Below are positions 39,434 through 46,395 of a stretch of 64,000 nt of DNA, in pieces. The DNA is from a virus. A program made the translations under genes and the position numbers. Under the pieces are notes generated by a model, which saw only the letters and a list, made by a program, of their open reading frames with translations, was not told the DNA's origin and ran no database searches. Each line of letters starts with the position of its first letter. Within the stretch, counting starts at the first letter, position 1. The stretch spans positions 107,757 to 171,756 of the IMG/VR virus record IMGVR_UViG_3300020416_000001. One strand, given 5' to 3'.

Positions 39434-40063
39434 ATGTTTATTGGTGATGTCCCGACCTCTGTGTCGGAACCCATCAAGGCAAGACTATTGAATAGTCCTT
39501 ATTGGCCTTGGTATATGATTACTGAAACCACAGGGTATGACCCTAAGTTCAACGATTCTATCCCCGATGAAATGTCGGGGGAGGATCCCCAATTTCAACA
39601 CACAGTTGTAAACAACCACGGAGAAATCGCATCCCAACACGCTTGGGATATTGTGGTTGAACCACTGTGGAAATATATTCAAGAGAATTACGATGCTGAA
39701 CTTGGAGACTTTGAAAAGTTCAGACGTATCAAGATCAATCTATTAACAAAGAAAGAGTCTAAGCATCTATACCACACACCACACGTTGATTATGATTTCC
39801 CTCATACAACGCTGTTGTATTATGTGAATGACTCGGATGGTCCTACCTTCTTCTTCAATGAGAAGTACGATGGGTCACGAAAGAAACTGACGCTGAAAGA
39901 AAAGATCGAACCACGTCAAGGTAGGTTTATTATCTTTGACGGTCATACTTTTCACGCAAGCAGTAATCCGCAGTACAACGATTACAGATGCATAATCAAC
40001 TTAAATTACATCTCAAGTTCCTCAGGCAACTTAAGCGGGATCTTAAACGAGATAAAGGTATAG
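39434..40063 (+). CDS. Putative 2OG-Fe(II) oxygenase (HxD)
   Basis: TPHVD, LYYVNDSDGPT, FDG..HASS..RCIIN. Confidence 0.75.
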   Translation: MFIGDVPTSVSEPIKARLLNSPYWPWYMITETTGYDPKFNDSIPDEMSGEDPQFQHTVVNNHGEIASQHAWDIVVEPLWKYIQENYDAELGDFEKFRRIKINLLTKKESKHLYHTPHVDYDFPHTTLLYYVNDSDGPTFFFNEKYDGSRKKLTLKEKIEPRQGRFIIFDGHTFHASSNPQYNDYRCIINLNYISSSSGNLSGILNEIKV

Positions 40064-40084
40064 GTGTATCGAGAAGTTCATACC

Positions 40085-40140
40085 GTAACAACCGTTACAA
40101 AAAGAAAAATATTGCTAAATAGATCTGGGTATGCTAACAT
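40085..40140 (+). promoter_or_regulatory. NtcA-like box plus sigma70 promoter
   Basis: GTA-ACAACCGT-TAC (40085-40098); TTGCTA-17-TAACAT (40112-40140), with CTAAATA inside. Confidence 0.55.
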
Positions 40141-40147
40141 ACCTTTA

Positions 40148-40192
40148 CGTTCATCCTCTCATCAGAGTGGACGCAAGTAAGTCGCGGAACGG
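40148..40192 (+). ncRNA. Downstream-peptide (glutamine-II) riboswitch aptamer 1
   Basis: CGTTCA-TCC..GGACGCA..GTCGCGGAACG with P1 CGTTC/GAACG. Confidence 0.8.
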
Positions 40193-40194
40193 AG

Positions 40195-40387
40195 CGTTCA
40201 TCCCACTATGTTAATGCACTTGTTGTTATTAATGTACACGGACATTCATTGTTCGGATGCCCTTGGAATTATCCAAAGAGTCGTGGACAATGATAGACTC
40301 AGCAACGCTGAGAAAGTCGAATTGGTACAGGTTATTCAAGAGGCAACTCCTGACTGTACTTGGGACGCATACGACTGAAGGAACGGG
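40195..40387 (+). ncRNA. Downstream-peptide (glutamine-II) riboswitch aptamer 2 with an about 155 nt loop insertion
   Basis: CGTTCA-TCCCA ... TGGGA-CGCATACGACTGAAGGAACGGG. Confidence 0.72.
40208..40378 (+). CDS. 56 aa ORF nested within riboswitch aptamer 2
   Basis: MLMHLLLLMYTDIHCSDALGIIQRVVDNDRLSNAEKVELVQVIQEATPDCTWDAYD*; GGAG at 40191. Confidence 0.62.
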   Translation: MLMHLLLLMYTDIHCSDALGIIQRVVDNDRLSNAEKVELVQVIQEATPDCTWDAYD

Positions 40388-40418
40388 GCAAAAATCCCTA
40401 CTACTTTGGAGTAAACCA

Positions 40419-40562
40419 ATGACAACCATTACTTATCGTGGCGTCAAGTATGACGCTGAGCAGTACAAAGCAAAGGTACTTGCCGAGGCAGATCAAATTC
40501 GTAATCACGAAATGATGTACCGTGGAATTAAGGTCGAGCGTAAGTTCGCCTCCAAGTCCTAA
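40419..40562 (+). CDS. DUF4278 downstream peptide (47 aa)
   Basis: Two YRG motifs (TYRGVKY, MYRGIK); SD GGAG; follows the riboswitch. Confidence 0.85.
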   Translation: MTTITYRGVKYDAEQYKAKVLAEADQIRNHEMMYRGIKVERKFASKS

Positions 40563-40583
40563 GCAAGCAAATTTGTTGAGTTT

Positions 40584-40618
40584 AAGACCCTTCACAGGGT
40601 CTTTTTTTATGCTAGGAT
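40584..40618 (+). terminator. Terminator overlapping the probable talC promoter
   Basis: AAGACCCT-TCAC-AGGGTCTT plus T tract; TTCACA-16-TAGGAT. Confidence 0.7.
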
Positions 40619-40652
40619 ATATAATACAAGAAATTATGTGAGGTACTGCTGA

Positions 40653-41321
40653 ATGAAGATCTTTTTAGATTGTTCAGACCCCGAACTTATCCAACACGCG
40701 ATGGAGACTAACCTCATCGACGGTGTTACAACTAACCCTTCTCTTATGCTTAAGGCAGGGAGGAATCCAAGAGACGTTATTCAAGAGATCAGTGATCTAT
40801 TCTCTTGGGATGCTTCAATTTCAGCAGAGGTTATGGGTGATACTGCTGAGGAAATGCTCGAAGCAGCAAACGAATATTTTAGTATTGCACCCAACGTTAC
40901 TATCAAACTACCCTGCACACGTGAAGGATTGATCGCCTGTGGTGATCTGTCTGCAGATGGTATCAGTACAAACGTTACACTAATCTTCTCAGTCGCACAA
41001 GCGATCCTCGCTGCAAAGGCAGGAGCATCTATGATGTCTCCGTTTGTTGGCAGACTGAATGACAATTCTTTCTCAGGTATTGCACTGGTCCAAGCGATCT
41101 CTAGAGTCTATCGTTTGCATAACGTAGAGACTGAGATCCTCGCTGCATCTGTACGCGAAGTGAACCACGTAGCACGTTGCTTTGATGCAGGAGCAGACAT
41201 TGTGACTATGCCATATGAAGTCTTCGAGAAAATGTACAAGCACATTCTCACACAGAATGGTCTTGAGAGGTTCGAGAACGACTGGGCAAAACTTCAAGAA
41301 GAATTACACATAGACGAATGA
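40653..41321 (+). CDS. talC: Transaldolase (TalC)
   Basis: IFLD, GVTTNPSL, IKLP, NVTLIFS, SPFVGRL, LAASVR. Confidence 0.95.
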   Translation: MKIFLDCSDPELIQHAMETNLIDGVTTNPSLMLKAGRNPRDVIQEISDLFSWDASISAEVMGDTAEEMLEAANEYFSIAPNVTIKLPCTREGLIACGDLSADGISTNVTLIFSVAQAILAAKAGASMMSPFVGRLNDNSFSGIALVQAISRVYRLHNVETEILAASVREVNHVARCFDAGADIVTMPYEVFEKMYKHILTQNGLERFENDWAKLQEELHIDE

Positions 41322-41494
41322 ACATCTGGAAACAGAAAGTAAAAATTCCTGAGGTTGGCGAGGTCTTCGTGGAAGCGGAGACCAAGTTTCCTTGGGAAGT
41401 TAAGGGACATATTGAGCGTATCCTCAAATTAGACTATGGGGTTGACACATTTGATATAATAGGAGCACCAGAAAAAATTGGTACTCAAAAATGA
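41318..41494 (+). CDS. Small hypothetical protein (58 aa)
   Basis: ATGA-coupled at both ends. Confidence 0.6.
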   Translation: MNIWKQKVKIPEVGEVFVEAETKFPWEVKGHIERILKLDYGVDTFDIIGAPEKIGTQK

Positions 41495-41583
41495 TTTACG
41501 TTAAAGCACTGCTGCTTTTCGGATTCATCAGTATTTTTTGTTATTGGGGTCTGACCTCAGCATATCCAACATCTTATGCATAA
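41491..41583 (+). CDS. Small TM protein (30 aa)
   Basis: MIYVKALLLFGFISIFCYWGLTSAYPTSYA. Confidence 0.55.
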   Translation: MIYVKALLLFGFISIFCYWGLTSAYPTSYA

Positions 41584-41740
41584 AAGAAATCTCAAAGTCT
41601 TAATAGAAGACATCGAAAGAGCACTGGCAGCATTAAAATCTGAAGTGTATTCAGACACTGCTGCATACAGTATAAGTAGTGATAGTGATAAGACTACTAC
41701 TTACCTTGACATCAACGACGAAGACGGACTCTGCGATTGA
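41576..41740 (+). CDS. Small hypothetical protein (54 aa)
   Basis: MHKRNLKVLIEDIERALAALKSEVYSD.., acidic tail. Confidence 0.6.
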   Translation: MHKRNLKVLIEDIERALAALKSEVYSDTAAYSISSDSDKTTTYLDINDEDGLCD

Positions 41741-42182
41741 TTATGAAAACCCCTGGATTTTTAACGGACTCCCTTTTTTATCTGAGAGCATTGACAATAA
41801 TTTCGGTTTTGTCTATCGGATTACAAATATTGAATCGGGTCGGGAATACATTGGAAGAAAATACTTCTGGCAGAAACGAAAACCTAGAGGTAAGAGTCGG
41901 AGAGTTACAAGTGAAAGCGACTGGAAAAAATACTACGGATCGTGTCCTGAACTTACTCTTGATGTTAAGCGACTTGGTAGAGATCGATTTAGAAGAGAGA
42001 TCCTATCCCTACACCCCACCGTTGGACAGACAAACTTTGCAGAAACTAGAGAACTCTTCATTAGAGGTGTCCTTACCGAAGCAAGAGAGGATGGAACACC
42101 CCACTATTACAACTCCAACATTCTAGGACGGTACTACAGGAAAGATTATTTTCCGTACCCCTTGACAGAGGATCAAAAGTGA
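41679..42182 (+). CDS. GIY-YIG endonuclease
   Basis: GFVYRITN..EYIGRK, YYGS, FRREIL, YYNSNI; start uncertain (TTG 41706 possible). Confidence 0.85.
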   Translation: MIVIRLLLTLTSTTKTDSAIDYENPWIFNGLPFLSESIDNNFGFVYRITNIESGREYIGRKYFWQKRKPRGKSRRVTSESDWKKYYGSCPELTLDVKRLGRDRFRREILSLHPTVGQTNFAETRELFIRGVLTEAREDGTPHYYNSNILGRYYRKDYFPYPLTEDQK

Positions 42183-42190
42183 TATATAGT
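42162..42190 (+). promoter_or_regulatory. Sigma70 promoter
   Basis: TTGACA-17-TATAGT. Confidence 0.7.
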
Positions 42191-42215
42191 ATCACCTGTA
42201 GTTCACTCAAGAACA

Positions 42216-42368
42216 ATGAACGACTATCTGGACGACTTTGCTTCAGACAATCTGTTTCTCAATTCTACAATGGAGATCTTGATTGATAAGATGCACGAGT
42301 ATCTTGACAAGAATGAACTACACAAAGCAGAAATCATCGCAAGTAAGATCGCTGAACTAGACCAATAG
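42216..42368 (+). CDS. Small hypothetical protein (50 aa)
   Basis: Translated by hand; downstream of the promoter. Confidence 0.55.
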   Translation: MNDYLDDFASDNLFLNSTMEILIDKMHEYLDKNELHKAEIIASKIAELDQ

Positions 42369-42375
42369 TTTAGTT

Positions 42376-42449
42376 GGGTCAGTAGCACAGTGGATTAGTG
42401 CAACTGCCTTCTAAGCAGTCGGTCGCAGGTTCGAATCCTGCCTGACCCG
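42376..42449 (+). tRNA. tRNA-Arg(TCT), no encoded CCA
   Basis: Acceptor GGGTCAG/CTGACCC, anticodon arm ACTGC-CTTCTAA-GCAGT, T loop GTTCGAATC. Confidence 0.95.
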
Positions 42450-42488
42450 TTCCCCTTATGGGGAGTTAGTCTAGTTCGAGGTAAACAA

Positions 42489-42689
42489 ATGCCTATCAGT
42501 AAGAGTGATCTCTCATACTTGAGGGATGTTGTCAACGGAGATGTTGCGTTAGATCAGGAGAACCCCTGCCTTTTCCAACGTCTGTTCAAATATTATGAGT
42601 CAAGTGGAGTCCAGTTCTTTGGAGACCCAGATGAGGACTATGAACTATTGGTTGACAATCTTGCTCTAGACATCGGGTTCACTTACTAA
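42489..42689 (+). CDS. Hypothetical protein
   Basis: 66 aa, SD GAGG. Confidence 0.7.
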   Translation: MPISKSDLSYLRDVVNGDVALDQENPCLFQRLFKYYESSGVQFFGDPDEDYELLVDNLALDIGFTY

Positions 42690-42756
42690 AGTGGCACACA
42701 GACCTCCGCAAGGGGGTCTTTTCATATGTTACGATAAGTTCAGTTGATTTTTAATT

Positions 42757-42999
42757 ATGGATGTTGTTTTAGAACGGTTCCCATACCGTTACGTCACTTG
42801 TGGTTTACTTGAGATCAATGGTAAACCTGACTGCCGTATTCAAAAGTTTAATGAGTACACTCGTCGCTACAACGATATGTACTTCTGCGATAACCAAGAT
42901 CAGATGATGCTTGCTATCGAAGATCCTGATTACACCAAGTGGTTAGACCCTGCAGGTGTACCGTGCTACGAAAATGACACAGTTTCGGTACAGAAATAA
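42757..42999 (+). CDS. Conserved cyanophage hypothetical protein
   Basis: ERFPYRYV..NGKPDCRIQK..KWLDP; GTGGCACA promoter upstream. Confidence 0.75.
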   Translation: MDVVLERFPYRYVTCGLLEINGKPDCRIQKFNEYTRRYNDMYFCDNQDQMMLAIEDPDYTKWLDPAGVPCYENDTVSVQK

Positions 43000-43017
43000 C
43001 CGTATTTATATGGGGGG

Positions 43018-43063
43018 TTGACAGAAGTTTACAAAATGATATATAATTGTAACAGTTCTTAAT
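43018..43063 (+). promoter_or_regulatory. hli operon promoter with two HLR1-like boxes
   Basis: TTGACA-18-TATAAT; TTGACAGA-AG-TTTACAAA and, inverted, ATTAAGAA-CT-GTTACAAT. Confidence 0.6.
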
Positions 43064-43086
43064 AAACAAACAGGACGGACTTTCAA

Positions 43087-43287
43087 ATGACCACTATCAC
43101 AGAAGAAGGCGGACGCCAAAATATGTTCGCTAAAGAACCACCAATGAGGTTGGTTGACGTTTCAGTTACACACAATGAGAGAGCAGAATTGCTCAATGGA
43201 AGACTAGCAATGATTGGTCTTACAACTGGATTCATTTCCTACATTGCCACTGGTAATTTCTTCTTCTTTGGTATCCTTGGATTCTAA
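43087..43287 (+). CDS. hli: High-light inducible protein
   Basis: GGRQNMFAKEP, AELLNGRLAMIG. Confidence 0.93.
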   Translation: MTTITEEGGRQNMFAKEPPMRLVDVSVTHNERAELLNGRLAMIGLTTGFISYIATGNFFFFGILGF

Positions 43288-43291
43288 AGTT

Positions 43292-43366
43292 ATGATTTAT
43301 CAAATCACCTTCCTCTGTGTACTAGGTTACACAGCAATAAACGGACTACCTTTCGTATTTTCTTAA
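43292..43366 (+). CDS. Hydrophobic micro-ORF (24 aa)
   Basis: MIYQITFLCVLGYTAINGLPFVFS. Confidence 0.45.
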   Translation: MIYQITFLCVLGYTAINGLPFVFS

Positions 43367-43387
43367 TCACCCTATCGGAGAACTCAA

Positions 43388-43495
43388 ATGACACCAGAAG
43401 CAGAAAGATTTAATGGTTGGGCAGCAATGCTCGGTTTCGTAGCAGCAGTCGGTGCTTACGCAGCAACAGGACAAATCATCCCAGGCATTTTCTAA
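43388..43495 (+). CDS. hli: High-light inducible protein (35 aa)
   Basis: MTPEAERFNGWAAMLGFVAAVGAYAATGQIIPGIF. Confidence 0.95.
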   Translation: MTPEAERFNGWAAMLGFVAAVGAYAATGQIIPGIF

Positions 43496-43588
43496 ATGAA
43501 ACGCTACCCAGTACCCTTTAGATTTGTACCCTACATCTTTATGGTGGCACTGGGTGCAAGTACACTAACCTCTACCGTTTTAGTCTAA
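43496..43588 (+). CDS. Hydrophobic micro-ORF (30 aa)
   Basis: MKRYPVPFRFVPYIFMVALGASTLTSTVLV; abuts or overlaps both neighbours. Confidence 0.55.
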   Translation: MKRYPVPFRFVPYIFMVALGASTLTSTVLV

Positions 43589-43701
43589 TGACAAACAGAA
43601 ACATTTTCGTGAAGGCAAACGGACGTGCAGCAATGATGGGATTCATCACAATCTGCACAGTATATGCATTCACAGGTCAACTACTACCAGGAATTTACTA
43701 A
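43588..43701 (+). CDS. hli: High-light inducible protein (37 aa)
   Basis: KANGRAAMMGF..TGQLLPGIY. Confidence 0.9.
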   Translation: MTNRNIFVKANGRAAMMGFITICTVYAFTGQLLPGIY

Positions 43702-43880
43702 TGAGAACAAAATCACAATTCTCTGTTCCTCAGCAACCAGTGGCACAAGCAAAGGCAATCGCCATCGAACCACAAAAGCAATGGGCAGAAACTTGGAATG
43801 GCAGAATCGCAATGCTCGGTTTGATCGCAGCAGCGTGTTCTGATTTGTTAACAGGACATATGTTCTTCGGATTATTCTGA
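43701..43880 (+). CDS. hli: High-light inducible protein (59 aa)
   Basis: AETWNGRIAMLGL. Confidence 0.92.
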   Translation: MRTKSQFSVPQQPVAQAKAIAIEPQKQWAETWNGRIAMLGLIAAACSDLLTGHMFFGLF

Positions 43881-43914
43881 TAGAATAAATACGTTCAGTT
43901 CAAAATTTTATACT

Positions 43915-44067
43915 ATGGCACCGAACCCTGATGCGCTCTGGGAAGATATGAGTAAACTCAACTCTCTTTATGAAGAATTGTGTTGGGAACCAGAGGATGA
44001 GTTAGAGTTCGGTCTTGCTGTGGTAGACTCTAAGCAAGTCATCGTTATTCGAAACAAAGATCAATGA
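43915..44067 (+). CDS. Small acidic protein (50 aa)
   Basis: MAPNPDALWEDMSKLNSLYEELCW..; late promoter ATAAATA at 43885. Confidence 0.65.
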   Translation: MAPNPDALWEDMSKLNSLYEELCWEPEDELEFGLAVVDSKQVIVIRNKDQ

Positions 44068-44621
44068 TCGAGTTCATCTGTGCAACGTGTTCTTTCAACG
44101 AATCCAAAGCATTAGAGTACCTTCAGAAGCGTCAAAGGATTACAGATCCTCTGGCGCTTTCTGTCGTTATGGCAAACATCAAACAGGAATCTAACTTCAC
44201 CCCTAATATCTGTGAGGGAGGAGCACGAGTGCCCTATCAAGATTGTCATCGTGGTGGGTACGGTCTGATTCAATGGACAACCTTGTCACGCTACAACGGA
44301 CTCGGAAACTTTTGTAAGAAGTACGGACTTGATCCTTCTACATTCGAAGGACAGTTACGTTATATGTCTAACGAAAATCAATTTCAACAAGCACTACTGA
44401 CTTGGCAGATCCCTGGTCAGTCCTACACTGCCTACCACAACGCAGCGTACAGGTGGTTAGGATGGGGTATCGAAGGACCAAGGAAAACATATACATATAA
44501 TTACTTGGATCGACTTCAGAAAGTCTCCGTAAATGAAATCAAAGTTCAGTCTACAAGTTCAAATCAAAGACGAGTGGGTTACATTGAAACGCTACTCGGG
44601 TTTGTCGGAATTAAAGTCTAA
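44064..44621 (+). CDS. Phage tail lysozyme-like protein
   Basis: ANIKQESNF, GYGLIQWT, QLRYM. Confidence 0.82.
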   Translation: MIEFICATCSFNESKALEYLQKRQRITDPLALSVVMANIKQESNFTPNICEGGARVPYQDCHRGGYGLIQWTTLSRYNGLGNFCKKYGLDPSTFEGQLRYMSNENQFQQALLTWQIPGQSYTAYHNAAYRWLGWGIEGPRKTYTYNYLDRLQKVSVNEIKVQSTSSNQRRVGYIETLLGFVGIKV

Positions 44622-44692
44622 TTTTTATACAAAGGTTTGCGAAATGGCAGAACCTTATGTACCATATTATTGTAATGTTAGGGCAATTCCAG

Positions 44693-44974
44693 ATGGCAAT
44701 TAATGATTGGAGATACTCCGACGAAATGATGGAGTACAGAAGCAAAATGCTACAAGAGTGTATTAGATGGCGAGGAGAACTCACCAACAAACACTATGAC
44801 TTTTGCGATTGGGTTATGAGTAGTGGACTTTATAAGAGACTCTTGGAGTTAGAAGATAATGAAGAGATATTTACGTCAGAATTATCAGCACTCTATCTAG
44901 AATACTACTATGAAACAACTATCAACAAAGAAGGTAGCAAAGAATACTATTATACGAGCGATGAAACACCCTGA
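44693..44974 (+). CDS. Hypothetical protein
   Basis: Start placed after a TTGCGA-17-TACCAT promoter. Confidence 0.6.
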   Translation: MAINDWRYSDEMMEYRSKMLQECIRWRGELTNKHYDFCDWVMSSGLYKRLLELEDNEEIFTSELSALYLEYYYETTINKEGSKEYYYTSDETP

Positions 44975-45077
44975 GCAATACACTCAGGAAGAGATTAATT
45001 TTGCCTTCGCGACCCTACGTCACATCAAGGCACAAAAGGCACAAAAGAAACTGGCACAAGGGGTTGACAAATCTTGA
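44961..45077 (+). CDS. Small hypothetical protein (38 aa)
   Basis: MKHPEQYTQEEINFAF..; overlaps the psbA promoter. Confidence 0.45.
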   Translation: MKHPEQYTQEEINFAFATLRHIKAQKAQKKLAQGVDKS

Positions 45078-45122
45078 ACCTGTCAGGTATTATATATACT
45101 GTTGAATGTTACGGAATGTAAA
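45051..45122 (+). promoter_or_regulatory. psbA promoter with CTGGCACA box and HLR1-like site
   Basis: CTGGCACA 45051, TTGACA 45064, TATTAT 45088; minus-strand TTTACATT-CC-GTAACATT at 45105-45122. Confidence 0.62.
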
Positions 45123-45135
45123 CATTTACATATAC

Positions 45136-45240
45136 TTCCTCTCCGCAAACCGAGACCTATAGGGAGGTTAAACGAGTCTCTAATACCTATCCCCGAGGGT
45201 GGGATATGGAATATTACCTTCACTGTTCCCTGCAGTATTA
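45136..45240 (+). ncRNA. PhotoRC-II-like RNA in the psbA 5' UTR
   Basis: AAACCGAGACCTATAGGGAGG..GTCTCTAATACC..GAGGG..GGAATA core recalled from the cyanophage psbA leader motif; GAGAC/GTCTC and ATCCC/GGGAT stems. Confidence 0.72.
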
Positions 45241-45257
45241 CATACCCTTTATTTTCA

Positions 45258-46343
45258 ATGTCTAGTACAACTATTGTTTCAAGACAGTCGCAAGAGTCCA
45301 ACTGGGAAAGATTTTGCCAGTGGGTCACAAGCACAGACAACCGTCTTTATGTCGGTTGGTTCGGCGTCCTTATGATTCCTTGCTTGCTTGCTGCTGCTAT
45401 TTGCTTCACTATCGCTTTCATCGCTGCTCCTGCTGTGGACATCGATGGAATCAGAGAACCTGTTGCAGGTTCGTTGCTTTACGGTAACAACATCATCTCT
45501 GGTGCTGTTGTTCCTAGTTCAAACGCTATTGGTCTTCACTTCTACCCTATGTGGGAAGCAGCAAGTGTTGACGAATGGTTATACAACGGTGGTCCTTACC
45601 AACTGGTTGTATTCCACTTCCTAATTGGTATCTCTGCATATGCAGGTCGCCAGTGGGAACTTTCATACCGTCTTGGTATGCGTCCTTGGATCTTCGTTGC
45701 ATACTCTGCACCTGTGTCTGCTGCTATGGCAGTATTCCTTGTGTATCCTTTCGGTCAGGGTTCTTTCTCTGATGGTATGCCACTCGGTATCTCTGGTACA
45801 TTTAACTTTATGTTCGTGTTCCAAGCAGAGCACAACATCCTAATGCACCCATTCCATATGCTTGGAGTAGCAGGTGTGTTCGGAGGTTCACTCTTCTCTG
45901 CAATGCACGGTTCACTTGTTACTTCTTCACTCATTCGTGAAACCACTGAGCAAGAGTCTCAGAACTATGGTTACAAGTTTGGTCAAGAAGAAGAGACATA
46001 CAACATCGTTGCTGCTCACGGATACTTCGGTAGACTCATCTTCCAATACGCATCTTTCAACAACTCAAGATCGCTTCACTTCTTCCTTGCTGCCTGGCCA
46101 GTGATTGGGATTTGGTGCGCTTCAATGGGTATTTCCACAATGGCATTCAACTTGAATGGTTTCAACTTTAACCAGTCAGTTGTTGACAATGGTGGTAAGA
46201 TCGTACCTACTTGGGCAGATGTTCTTAACCGTGCCAACCTTGGTATGGAAGTTATGCACGAAAGAAATGCACACAACTTCCCACTTGATCTCGCTGCTGC
46301 CGAGACTACTTCTGTCGCTCTAGTTGCTCCTAGCATCGGTTGA
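45258..46343 (+). CDS. psbA: Photosystem II D1 protein
   Basis: [47 protein letters not shown]; no intron. Confidence 0.99.
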   Translation: MSSTTIVSRQSQESNWERFCQWVTSTDNRLYVGWFGVLMIPCLLAAAICFTIAFIAAPAVDIDGIREPVAGSLLYGNNIISGAVVPSSNAIGLHFYPMWEAASVDEWLYNGGPYQLVVFHFLIGISAYAGRQWELSYRLGMRPWIFVAYSAPVSAAMAVFLVYPFGQGSFSDGMPLGISGTFNFMFVFQAEHNILMHPFHMLGVAGVFGGSLFSAMHGSLVTSSLIRETTEQESQNYGYKFGQEEETYNIVAAHGYFGRLIFQYASFNNSRSLHFFLAAWPVIGIWCASMGISTMAFNLNGFNFNQSVVDNGGKIVPTWADVLNRANLGMEVMHERNAHNFPLDLAAAETTSVALVAPSIG

Positions 46344-46368
46344 TAAGAAGTCTGTAATATGCTATTAT

Positions 46369-46395
46369 AAAGGGACCTTAATGGTCCCTTTTTTT
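46369..46395 (+). terminator. psbA terminator
   Basis: AAGGGACC-TTAAT-GGTCCCTT plus T tract. Confidence 0.8.

Noticed and set aside
40257-40418. N-terminal extension of the DUF4278 ORF (101 aa call)
   Set aside because: SD and family motif support ATG 40419; the upstream region is riboswitch and nested ORF in another frame
41442-41460. TTGACA and TATAAT inside a small ORF
   Set aside because: Spacing is only 7 nt, not a sigma70 promoter
41679-42182. GIY-YIG gene as a mobile homing endonuclease or intron
   Set aside because: Short, catalytic domain only, no flanking intron structure or interrupted gene
45102-45257. 52 aa N-terminal extension of PsbA in the ORF track
   Set aside because: Covers the leader RNA; D1 homology starts at ATG 45258
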